Assembly (NCBI GenBank): GCA_041484665.1
Contig: JBGPIA010000002.1
Coordinates: 608,001 to 672,000 of the forward strand
Source: Candidatus Krumholzibacteriia bacterium
Lineage (GTDB): Bacteria > Krumholzibacteriota > Krumholzibacteriia > JAJRXK01
Direction of reading: 5' to 3'
DNA: 64,000 nucleotides
Numbering within the stretch: the stretch's first letter is position 1; each line of letters starts with the position of its first letter. Shown piece after piece: positions 1-7,906 of this stretch. The notes under the pieces are model-generated. The model worked only from the letters and a program-made list of their open reading frames with translations, ran no database searches and was not told where the DNA came from. Position numbers and translations under genes: made by a program.

Positions 1-1363
1 CGCGGACGACTGCGGTCGGCAGCGGCCGGGGGCGGCCCTGCTCGTCGACGAACGCCGCGATCAGGCGGGGCGTGCGCAGCGTTCCGTCGGTGATCAGCGC
101 CGCGTAGCCGGCCGCCAGCTGCAGCATCGTCAGCGAGATCTCCTGCCCGATCGCAAGCGTCGGCAGCGAGCGCTTGGACCACTGGCGCAGCGGAGTGAGC
201 AGGCCGTTGCTCTCGCCCGGCAGCCCGCTCCCCGTGCGGACCCCCAGGCCGAAGCGCTTCAGATCGGCGTGGAAGTCCTCGGGGCGCAGCAGGATCGCCG
301 CCTTGGCCGCGATGATGTTGCTGCTCACCTCGAAGGCGTGGCGCACCGAGATCACACCCACCGGATGCACGTCGTGGATGCGGAAGCCGCCGAAGTCGGC
401 GACCCCCTTGCCGGTGACCGGATCGCGCTCGCCATTGAAGAACTGGCCCGTGTCGCACAGCGCGCGCGAGAGCAGCGATGCGTACGTGAACATCTTGAAC
501 GTGCTGCCCGGCTCGAACGCGTCCTCCGCCGCCGGATTGCGCCACTGGAACCCGGGCAGCGGTCGCTCGTCGCGGTCGGGTAGGCCCGGAGCGGAGGCCA
601 TCGCCAGGATCTCCCCTGTCCAGGGCTCCAGCACGATGCCCAGCGCCTGCTCGGCGCCGGACTCCGCGAGCGCCAGCTCCAGCTCCTCCTCGAGGATCAT
701 CTGGACACGGTAGTCTAGCGTGAGTACGACGTCGGTGCCGTTGACGGGCGGCAGCAGGGTGGTCTTGATGAGGGGGCGCCCGTAGCCGCCGTCGAAGCGG
801 GCGAGCTCGCGGCCCGGCTTCCCGGCCAGCACGGCGTCGCACATCAGCTCCACGCCCGCGTCCCCCCGCCCGCCCTGGTTCACCCGTCCCAGGACCTGTC
901 CGGCCAACCGGCCCATCGGGTAGGTGCGATGCTGGACCAGCTCCAGGGAAAGCCCCTGCACGCGCCGCAGGCTATCGATGGCGATCGGGGAGAGTGCCGC
1001 CTCCCGGCTGACGTAGGTGTGGCCGTCGTGGCCCTCCAGCTTCGCGCGCAGCTGCTCCTGCGACAGGTGCAACGCGGCCGACAGCTCCGCCAGCTTGCGC
1101 GGATCAAGCCACGCCTTTGGATCGGTCACGCCGACCTTGGCGCGCAGATCGGTGATCGCCAGCGGATAGCTCTGCCGGTCCAGGAGCGCGCCGCGTCGCG
1201 GCGTGACCTCCCGCTCCGCGCTACTGAGCCGGACGCCGTGCTGCTGCCATACGCGGTGCTCGCCGATCTGCAATACCGCCAGCCGGCCGACCAGCGCCGC
1301 CAGGCCCAGGCTCACGGCCACGGCGAACCCACGGAAGCGGCGGCGCGGATAGCGGTCGATCAC
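1..1363 (-). CDS. ftsI: Cell division transpeptidase PBP3/FtsI (3' part runs off the window start)
   Basis: Not in the ORF track; translated manually. GTG at 1363 overlaps the ftsL stop (GTGA). N-terminus MIDRYPRRRFRGFAVAVSLGLAALVGRLAVLQ (TM anchor); AFEPGSTFK (SxxK) near 490-520; VSSNII (SxN) near 310-330. Position after mraZ-rsmH-ftsL. Confidence 0.93.
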   Translation of the reverse strand, partial: MIDRYPRRRFRGFAVAVSLGLAALVGRLAVLQIGEHRVWQQHGVRLSSAEREVTPRRGALLDRQSYPLAITDLRAKVGVTDPKAWLDPRKLAELSAALHLSQEQLRAKLEGHDGHTYVSREAALSPIAIDSLRRVQGLSLELVQHRTYPMGRLAGQVLGRVNQGGRGDAGVELMCDAVLAGKPGRELARFDGGYGRPLIKTTLLPPVNGTDVVLTLDYRVQMILEEELELALAESGAEQALGIVLEPWTGEILAMASAPGLPDRDERPLPGFQWRNPAAEDAFEPGSTFKMFTYASLLSRALCDTGQFFNGERDPVTGKGVADFGGFRIHDVHPVGVISVRHAFEVSSNIIAAKAAILLRPEDFHADLKRFGLGVRTGSGLPGESNGLLTPLRQWSKRSLPTLAIGQEISLTMLQLAAGYAALITDGTLRTPRLIAAFVDEQGRPRPLPTAVVR

Positions 1364-1803
1364 GGCGCGATCTCCCCGGCGACCGCCTCCTTGATGCGCC
1401 CGTAACTCCGCAGCGTCTCCACGATCCGATCGAGCACCTGCTGCGACCGCGGCGGCGCCACAGGAGCGGGCGCCACGTGCAGGGCGATGACCTCTTTCGG
1501 CTGGGCCGCCACGTCGACCATCCCCAGCTCCAACCGCGCGCGGGTCACGATCCGCTCACGAGAGGTCTGCTCCAGCCACTCCGTGCGCAGGCGGCGCAGC
1601 TCGTCCGCCTGGTAGGACCGTTGCTGCAGCAGCCGCGTCTGCCGCCGCTGTGCCTGCTCCACCTCGTTGGCGCCCCAGGACATGGCGAACAGCACCGCGA
1701 TGCCCGCGGCCAGCAGCACGGCAGGAAGCACCGCGCGGCGGGTACGCTGGCGGCGGCGCTGCTTGGCCTGCTCTCGCGCGCGGCGGTCCAGCTGCAGGTT
1801 CAT
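1360..1803 (-). CDS. ftsL: FtsL-like cell division protein
   Basis: Basic N-terminus, one TM helix, coiled coil ending SRERIVTRARLELGM; canonical slot between rsmH and ftsI, overlapping both by 4 bp. Confidence 0.8.
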   Translation of the reverse strand: MNLQLDRRAREQAKQRRRQRTRRAVLPAVLLAAGIAVLFAMSWGANEVEQAQRRQTRLLQQRSYQADELRRLRTEWLEQTSRERIVTRARLELGMVDVAAQPKEVIALHVAPAPVAPPRSQQVLDRIVETLRSYGRIKEAVAGEIAP

Positions 1804-2720
1804 GGGATCCGCTCCCCCGCCCGCAGCCTCGCCGAGCGTGCCCGCGGGTTGCGGTGGATCTCGTCGGCCCCGGGACGCACCGGACGCCGCGTCAACACGC
1901 GCAGGCGCGGCGCGCGCGCCTGCGGGGCCGGCAGGTGGCGGCTGCCCTCTACCTTGCCGCTCTCCAGCGACAGCAGCCGCTTCACCCGCCGGTCCTCGAG
2001 ACTGTGGTAAGACACCGCGACGAAGCGCCCGCCCGCCCTGAGCCGGTCGGCCACCTGCCCCAGGGCAGAATCGAGCTGCTCCAGCTCGCCGTTCACCATG
2101 ATGCGCAGTGCCTGGAACACACGCGCCAGCTCCGGCTCCGGCCGCTCCCCCCGCGGCAGGCAGGCCTCCACCGCCGCGCGGGCGTGCGCCGTCGTGCGCA
2201 GCTGCCCTGCTCGCGCCCGGCCGGTCAGCTCCCGCGCGATGCGCGCGGCGCGGCGCACCTCGCCCAGATCACGCAACCAGCCCTCGACCACCGGGCGCTC
2301 GGACGCGGACAACAGCTCCCAGGCCGGGCGCCCTGTGCTGCGGTCGAAGCGCAGATCGAGCGGGCCCTCGAGCCGGAACGCGAAGCCACGCTGCGGATCG
2401 TCGAGCTGGTCGCTGGACATCCCCAGGTCCATGCAGATGCCGTCGACGGCGGGCACACGCAGCAAGTCGAGCGTCTCGCCGAAGCGCGCGAAGTCCTGCT
2501 GGAGCGCGTTGAAGGCCGCCCCATGCGCGTGCAGGCGCGCGCGGGCGCGCTCCAGGGCAGCGGCGTCACGATCGAGCGCAATCACGCGGCACCCCCTCTC
2601 CAGCAGCGCGGAGGAGTAGCCCCCTCCACCCAGCGTCAGATCCAACAGCACCTTCTCCGGGCCGGGTCGCAGCAGCTCGAGCGCTTCCTGCAGCAGAACC
2701 GGCTGGTGCCGCGTGTCCAC
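1800..2720 (-). CDS. rsmH: 16S rRNA m4C1402 methyltransferase RsmH (MraW)
   Basis: HQPVLLQE, DLTLGGGGYS, DLGMSSDQLDDPQRGF, SYHSLEDRRVK, NPRARSARLR motifs. Confidence 0.97.
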   Translation of the reverse strand: MDTRHQPVLLQEALELLRPGPEKVLLDLTLGGGGYSSALLERGCRVIALDRDAAALERARARLHAHGAAFNALQQDFARFGETLDLLRVPAVDGICMDLGMSSDQLDDPQRGFAFRLEGPLDLRFDRSTGRPAWELLSASERPVVEGWLRDLGEVRRAARIARELTGRARAGQLRTTAHARAAVEACLPRGERPEPELARVFQALRIMVNGELEQLDSALGQVADRLRAGGRFVAVSYHSLEDRRVKRLLSLESGKVEGSRHLPAPQARAPRLRVLTRRPVRPGADEIHRNPRARSARLRAGERIP

Positions 2721-2726
2721 GCCGTA

Positions 2727-3206
2727 TCAGTGGACCGGCGCGCTCCAGGCCTCCAGTCGGCCGCGCGCGGTCCCCGAGGTCTGCCCGGCCACGGCGCGAA
2801 GCGCCCGCTGGGCGGACTGGAAATCGGGCAGCACCGGGAGCCCTTCGGTGCCGCATGCGAGGTTCAGGAGTGCGACGAGATACGGCGACGGACGGACCCA
2901 CACAGTGACGGCGGCGATTTGCCGCCAGGCGCGCTCGCGATCCAGCAGCTCGGCGGCGACCGACAGCGGGATATGCGCGAGCGCGGAGGCATCCAGCAGC
3001 ACGAAGGTGGTTGCGTCGCTGCGGCAGGCGCGCCGCACGGCCAGGTCGAGCTGGTCGAGGCTGGCGCGCGAGAGCACGCCCGTGAGCTTCACATGGATCG
3101 CTCCGGCGCTGCCGTGCGCCAGGAGGAAACCGCCCCACGGGCCCCCGGCAACCGGACGGCCGGCCAACGGCGCGACGGTGGGGGGATTCGACCGGGGATC
3201 TCGCAT
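2727..3206 (-). CDS. STAS (anti-sigma-factor antagonist-like) domain protein
   Basis: VKLTGVLSRASLDQL...VLLDASALAHI...PSPYLVALLNL fits the STAS fold pattern; GAGG RBS upstream; fills the mraZ-rsmH gap. Confidence 0.65.
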   Translation of the reverse strand: MRDPRSNPPTVAPLAGRPVAGGPWGGFLLAHGSAGAIHVKLTGVLSRASLDQLDLAVRRACRSDATTFVLLDASALAHIPLSVAAELLDRERAWRQIAAVTVWVRPSPYLVALLNLACGTEGLPVLPDFQSAQRALRAVAGQTSGTARGRLEAWSAPVH

Positions 3207-3235
3207 TGGCCTCGCCTCTGCGGCCGCGCGCCGGC

Positions 3236-3715
3236 TCAGTAGAGGATGTCCTCTACGTCGGACGCGTCGACCGTGTGCTGCTTCTCGTAGTCGAAGAATC
3301 GATCGGGGTTCCAGAGCTCGATCACGCGGTCAACGCCCAGCGCGATCACGTCGCGCTCGATCTCGGCCGCCTCGAGCAGTCCTTGCGGGATGGTCATCCG
3401 CCCCTTCTCATCGAGCGGTGCGGAATCGCCCTGGCCGAAGATGCCGCGGCGCCAGGCGCGCAGCGTGTCCCGCTTGACGGCGGGGCCAGGCTGGGCACGC
3501 CGCATCCGGTCCTGCCATTCGGGGTTCGGCAGCACCTCGATGTACTGCTCGGGGCCCACCAGCAGCACGACCTCCTCCGTAGAGCCATCGGGAAGTGCAC
3601 GCCGGAAGGCCGACGGAAGGGTCAGGCGGCCCTTCTCGTCGATCTTCAGCCGGTAGCGGCCGAAGAAGTAGCAGGACGCGACCCCATGGGCGGGAGCGGG
3701 CTCGGGCTCGGTCAT
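3236..3715 (-). CDS. mraZ: Division/cell wall cluster transcriptional repressor MraZ
   Basis: Two DxKGR motifs (IDEKGRLTLP, LDEKGRMTIP) and IELWN; first gene of the dcw cluster. Confidence 0.96.
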   Translation of the reverse strand: MTEPEPAPAHGVASCYFFGRYRLKIDEKGRLTLPSAFRRALPDGSTEEVVLLVGPEQYIEVLPNPEWQDRMRRAQPGPAVKRDTLRAWRRGIFGQGDSAPLDEKGRMTIPQGLLEAAEIERDVIALGVDRVIELWNPDRFFDYEKQHTVDASDVEDILY

Positions 3716-3736
3716 CGCTACGGACCTTTATCGACT

Positions 3737-3884
3737 TAACTTGTTTTTTTAAACCAAGTTATACTTAATTTCCCTCTTAGGACCACTAAAGCCCTCTAAG
3801 GACCTGCAGTTTCCATGGCGTGGGTGTGGCTGTAAAGCGGAAAGCCCCCCTGCGTGTCAGGTAGCGCGAGAAAATTGGGGATAA
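3737..3884 (-). promoter_or_regulatory. dcw (mraZ) promoter region: sigma70-like promoter, 10-bp-periodic MraZ-type boxes, inverted repeat, DnaA-box-like 9-mer
   Basis: AT-rich island. Minus strand TTTACA(3836-3831)-17 bp-GAAACT(3813-3808), followed by CAGGT/GAGGG/GTGGT/GAGGG at 10-bp spacing (3806-3772). TAACTTG..CAAGTTA inverted repeat at 3737-3761. TTATCCCCA at 3884-3876. Confidence 0.65.
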
Positions 3885-3929
3885 CTTCGAGGAGGTGAGC
3901 GCGGCGCGGGCGGGCGCGCGCGGCGCCGG

Positions 3930-5450
3930 TCAGTGCGCCGGCTCGAGGCGATACAGCGTGTAGGCGATGGGCCCCGGGCGCGAGAGGCCGCGGTTGGCCA
4001 CCGTTTCGTGCAGCACCGGAACGGCGCGCCGGTTCCCCAGCGGCGCCGCCACCAGCGCGTCCGGCGCGGCGGACCAATCCACCAGGTAGTCGGCGCGGCC
4101 AAGTTGCAGAAACAGCCCGCGCTCGACGATCTCGCGGTCGTCGACCTGGTCACGCAGCTGCTCCATGCGCGGGTCCACCAGCCCCCCGAGGTCGAGGATC
4201 GTCCGGTCGCTCCGGTATCCCACCAGCCCGATGTCGTAGATGGCCACCACGGCGTCGGGCGGCGTGTTGGTGCGCAGCCAGCGTGCGATGCCACCCAGCC
4301 CCTGCTCCCAGCTGCGCGAGAACGCCGCCGCGCTGGGCGCAACGATCGCGAGCGTGAGCGTCAGCCCAGCGGCGGCCTGCGCGGCCCACAGCGCGGCCAG
4401 CCCCCTCCCCCACCGGTGGCCACCGGCCCGCGCACGCCGCCGTGCCGCCGCGCCACTCAGCAGTACGATCGCCGGCAGCACGATCTCGAGGTAACGGCTC
4501 ACGACCTGCACGTCACGCACGAGGTAGCCCGCCGGCAGCAGCACGATCCACACGAGCAGCAGCGGCTGCAGCCAGCTCTGTGCGGCCAGCGTCCGCCAGC
4601 GGCGCGGGAGCGCGGCCAGCTCAGGGAGCAGCATGGCGCAGGGCAACAGCGCCGCCGTTCCCAGCAGCTTCGCCAGAACCCACGCGTTGCCCGCAAGGCG
4701 CGCCGGCTGCAGCCCCAGTGGCGTCGACTTCGCCTGCACGGTCAGCGGCCAGATGCGGCCAAGCTGCGGCAGCGCGTAGGCCGACCAGACCGCCATCGGC
4801 AGCAGCAGCCCGATCCAGAAGCCGGGCCGGCGGCGCGCGGCGGGAGTGGCCAGCGCGGCCGCGCCGGTCAACGCGGCCAGCACGACCAGCTCAGGGCGCA
4901 CCAGCGGTGCGCACCCCAGCGTCCAGCCCAACGCCGTCCAGCGTACCTGCGCGGCCGGCCGCAGCGCGCAGTGCATCGCGGCCACCACCACCAGCGCAGC
5001 CAGTCCGGTCTCGAGCCCCGATCCCGACCAGCGCACGAGCCACGGCTCGGTCGCAGCCACGGCGATGACCAAAAGCGTCCAGGTCCGGTCGCGTAGCTGC
5101 GCGGCGGCCACCCGCGCAAGCGTCACCACCGCCACCCCACCCGCGATCCAGCCTAGCGCCTTGAGCACCCAGAACGGCTCCAGCCCCAGCCGCGCGCCGG
5201 CGGCGCCCAGAGCCGCCCACAGCGGGCTGGTGGCCGCGTGCACGGGGTGGCCGGGATTGAACGCCAGCTCGCCGTGGCGGGCGAGATTGCGCGCGAAGCG
5301 CGCGTAGATGAACGTGTCGTCGGTGATATAGCGGAAGTAGAGCGGGGCCTGCGCCGCATACGCCGCCAGCGCGAGCAAACCCGCCGCGCGCGGGCGCAAT
5401 CCGACGTCGCCCGTGGGCGGCCCACCGCGTCCGGCCGCGCCCGTCACCAC
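3930..5450 (-). CDS. Multi-TM GT-C-fold glycosyltransferase (arabinofuranosyltransferase-like)
   Basis: YITDDTFIYARFARNLARHGELAFNPG..ATSPLW acidic first-loop motif, SGLET, about 11 hydrophobic segments, C-terminal soluble domain DIGLVGY..DLGGLVD. Confidence 0.7.
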   Translation of the reverse strand: MVTGAAGRGGPPTGDVGLRPRAAGLLALAAYAAQAPLYFRYITDDTFIYARFARNLARHGELAFNPGHPVHAATSPLWAALGAAGARLGLEPFWVLKALGWIAGGVAVVTLARVAAAQLRDRTWTLLVIAVAATEPWLVRWSGSGLETGLAALVVVAAMHCALRPAAQVRWTALGWTLGCAPLVRPELVVLAALTGAAALATPAARRRPGFWIGLLLPMAVWSAYALPQLGRIWPLTVQAKSTPLGLQPARLAGNAWVLAKLLGTAALLPCAMLLPELAALPRRWRTLAAQSWLQPLLLVWIVLLPAGYLVRDVQVVSRYLEIVLPAIVLLSGAAARRRARAGGHRWGRGLAALWAAQAAAGLTLTLAIVAPSAAAFSRSWEQGLGGIARWLRTNTPPDAVVAIYDIGLVGYRSDRTILDLGGLVDPRMEQLRDQVDDREIVERGLFLQLGRADYLVDWSAAPDALVAAPLGNRRAVPVLHETVANRGLSRPGPIAYTLYRLEPAH

Positions 5451-6457
5451 GCCGCGCCTGCCGGGCGCCGCCGCAGCAGCCGCAGCGGCGCCGGCTCGTC
5501 CACCAGCAGCCAGCGCACGACCGGGCGCGCGCCGAGCAGGCGCTTGTACTCGGCCACGCCGGAGAGCCCCAGGCTGCTGCCCAGATTGATCCTGCGCAGG
5601 CCGCGCGCGGCGGCCCAGCGCGCCTCTTCCTTGATCAGCAGCGCAGAGGGAAAGACATCGTCGGCACGTGCGGTCGTGCCGATCCAGGCGAACAGCTCGT
5701 CGCCCATGCGCAGGCAGAGGTGCGCGCCCAGCAGCTCGTCACCGCGCCGGGCGGCGAACAGGACGGCGTCCTGCTCCTCGGCCAGCACCGCCGCCAGGAA
5801 TGGAAGCGGCTCGGCCGCGACCCCCCAGCGTCGCGCCATTGCGCGATAGAGCGGCGCGAAACGCACCAGCAGGTCCGGGTCACGGCTGGCTTCCACGCGC
5901 AGCCCGCGCCGTTCGCTGCGGTTGCACTCGTTGCGGCGGTTCTTGGGGAAGACGTCGCTCCAGAAGCGCTCGAAGCCGTCCACGAGGTCGAGGCATCCCG
6001 ACTCGATGGCGGCCAGCCGGCCCGCCCCCCCTCGCGGGGGCTCGGAAGAGCGCCACACCAGCTCGCGCCGCAGGACACGCGCGCCACCCGCGCGTAGGAA
6101 GGCTGCCAAGAGCAGCGCCTCGGCCTGCGGCACATCCGCGCGGACCACCGGCCCACCGTAGGTGCCCCCGATGCCGCTGGCCAGCGCGCAGAGCCAAAGC
6201 CGCCGCACCCGCACCAGGGGCAGACCACCGCACAGCCTGCCGCGCGCGTCGCGCGCCTCCAGCCAGTGGGCCGAGCAGCGGGCGTGGTGCCGCGCGTACC
6301 GCAGCGTCCAGTGCGGGCGCTGGAACAGATGGGAGCGCGGGTCGCCGGCGAGCAGCTCGTCCCACTCGCCCAAATCCACGGCATCGAGCTGCCGCAGCTG
6401 CAGCGCTTGCGCCAGCGTGGCTTGCGGCGCCGACGGCCGCTGCCGCCCATCGCTCAA
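5444..6457 (-). CDS. GNAT-family (FemAB/CelD-like) acyltransferase
   Basis: WDELL..SHLFQRPHW, YGGP, KNRRNECNRSERRGL, INLGSS..GVAEYKRLLGA; overlaps both neighbours. Confidence 0.8.
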   Translation of the reverse strand: MSDGRQRPSAPQATLAQALQLRQLDAVDLGEWDELLAGDPRSHLFQRPHWTLRYARHHARCSAHWLEARDARGRLCGGLPLVRVRRLWLCALASGIGGTYGGPVVRADVPQAEALLLAAFLRAGGARVLRRELVWRSSEPPRGGAGRLAAIESGCLDLVDGFERFWSDVFPKNRRNECNRSERRGLRVEASRDPDLLVRFAPLYRAMARRWGVAAEPLPFLAAVLAEEQDAVLFAARRGDELLGAHLCLRMGDELFAWIGTTARADDVFPSALLIKEEARWAAARGLRRINLGSSLGLSGVAEYKRLLGARPVVRWLLVDEPAPLRLLRRRPAGAAW

Positions 6458-7887
6458 GGGCTGCCCCCGTCGCCGTCCTCGTGGTCGGGGATGAGCGCCG
6501 CCAGCCGTGCGCGGATCGCCGCGCGCTCGCCCCGCAGCGCCAGCGAGCGCAGCTCCGCCACCGCGGCACGGGGGTCGAAGCCGCTGGGGATCGCCGGCCT
6601 CGCCACCAGGATCTGGGGGTGCGGGCCGGGACGTGTGGGCTCGGTGTCGGCGAGGTAGGTCTCCTGCAACTTCTCACCCGGGCGCAGCCCGGTCTCCACG
6701 ATCTCGATGCCGTCCTCCTGACCCAGGCCCGCCAGGGCGATGAGGTTCTGGGCCAGCTCGTAGATGTTGATCGCCTCGCCCATGTCCAGTACGAACACCT
6801 CGCCGCCCTCACCTCCGGCCATGGCCTGGATCACCAGCATCGCCGCCTCCCGGATGGTCATGAAGTAGCGCGTGGCGGCGCGGTCGGTCACCGTCAGCGG
6901 GCCGCCCCGGCGCAGTTGGCGCTGGAACAGCGGCACGACGCTGCCGCGGCTGCCCATGACGTTGCCGAAGCGCACCGACATGTAGCGCGCGGAGCTCTCG
7001 CGTGCCGCCGCCTCCACCAGGAACTCGGCGACGCGCTTGCTGGAGCCCATCACGCTGCGCGGACGCACCGCCTTGTCGGTGGACAACATGACGAAACGCT
7101 GGGCCCCCACGCGCTGCGTGAACTCCAGCAGGTTGGCGGTGCCCAGGATGTTGACCAGCACCGCCTCCTCCGGGTAGAGCTCCATGTACGGGACGTGCTT
7201 GTGGGCAGCCGCGTGCAGGATCACGTCGGGGCGCAGGTCACGGGCGAGCACGCCCAGGCGCGCCTCGTCCCGCACATCGGCCAGCACGACGCGTGCGTCG
7301 CGGTAGCCCAGGCCATCGCGGAGCTCCTCCTCGATCTCGAAGAGGCTGTTCTCGCCACGGCCCAGCAGCCACAGGCATCCCGGCTGGAATCCCACGAGGA
7401 TGCGGCACAGCTCGCTGCCGATGGAGCCGCCGGCCCCGGTGACGAGCACGTCGCGCCCCTGCACGGCGTCGCGGATGGGGCCCTCCACCAGATCGACCGT
7501 CTGGCGGCCCAGCAGGTCCTCGGGCGAGACCTCGCGCACCTGCTCGAAGTGGACGGCACCCTTGATGATGTCGCGCAGCCCCGGGACGATGCGCACCGGC
7601 AGGTGAGCGCGCTGGGCCTGGGTGAGCAGACGCCGGATGACGTGGCCGGGAGCCGAGGGAATGGCGATGACGATCTCGTCGACGCGCTCGCGGCGGGCGA
7701 GCGCGGCCACTTCGGCCGTGGTACCCAGCACCGGAATGCCGCCGACGCTGCTCCCGGCCAGCGCCGGGTCGTCGTCCAGGAACCCGGCAACGTCGCGCTG
7801 GTAGTCGCTCTCGCGCGCCAGCTCCTCGGCGATCATGCGCGCGGCCTCGCCGGCGCCCACGATCAGAACCTTGCGTCCTCTGGGCAC
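6454..7887 (-). CDS. Nucleoside-diphosphate sugar 4,6-dehydratase (PglF/CapD/WbpM family) without N-terminal TM domain
   Basis: VLIVGAGEAA, EDLLGR, VLVTGAGGSIGSELCR, HAAAHKHVP, STDKAV, MGSSKR, VRFGNVMGSRGSVVP, GLRPGEKL. Confidence 0.92.
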   Translation of the reverse strand: MPRGRKVLIVGAGEAARMIAEELARESDYQRDVAGFLDDDPALAGSSVGGIPVLGTTAEVAALARRERVDEIVIAIPSAPGHVIRRLLTQAQRAHLPVRIVPGLRDIIKGAVHFEQVREVSPEDLLGRQTVDLVEGPIRDAVQGRDVLVTGAGGSIGSELCRILVGFQPGCLWLLGRGENSLFEIEEELRDGLGYRDARVVLADVRDEARLGVLARDLRPDVILHAAAHKHVPYMELYPEEAVLVNILGTANLLEFTQRVGAQRFVMLSTDKAVRPRSVMGSSKRVAEFLVEAAARESSARYMSVRFGNVMGSRGSVVPLFQRQLRRGGPLTVTDRAATRYFMTIREAAMLVIQAMAGGEGGEVFVLDMGEAINIYELAQNLIALAGLGQEDGIEIVETGLRPGEKLQETYLADTEPTRPGPHPQILVARPAIPSGFDPRAAVAELRSLALRGERAAIRARLAALIPDHEDGDGGSP

Positions 7888-7906
7888 GGTGCGGCCGCCC
7901 TCCAGC

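Noticed and set aside
3716..3929. AT-rich tract as oriC or a horizontally acquired fragment
   Set aside because: Only one imperfect DnaA box, and the tract is adequately explained as the mraZ promoter/operator.
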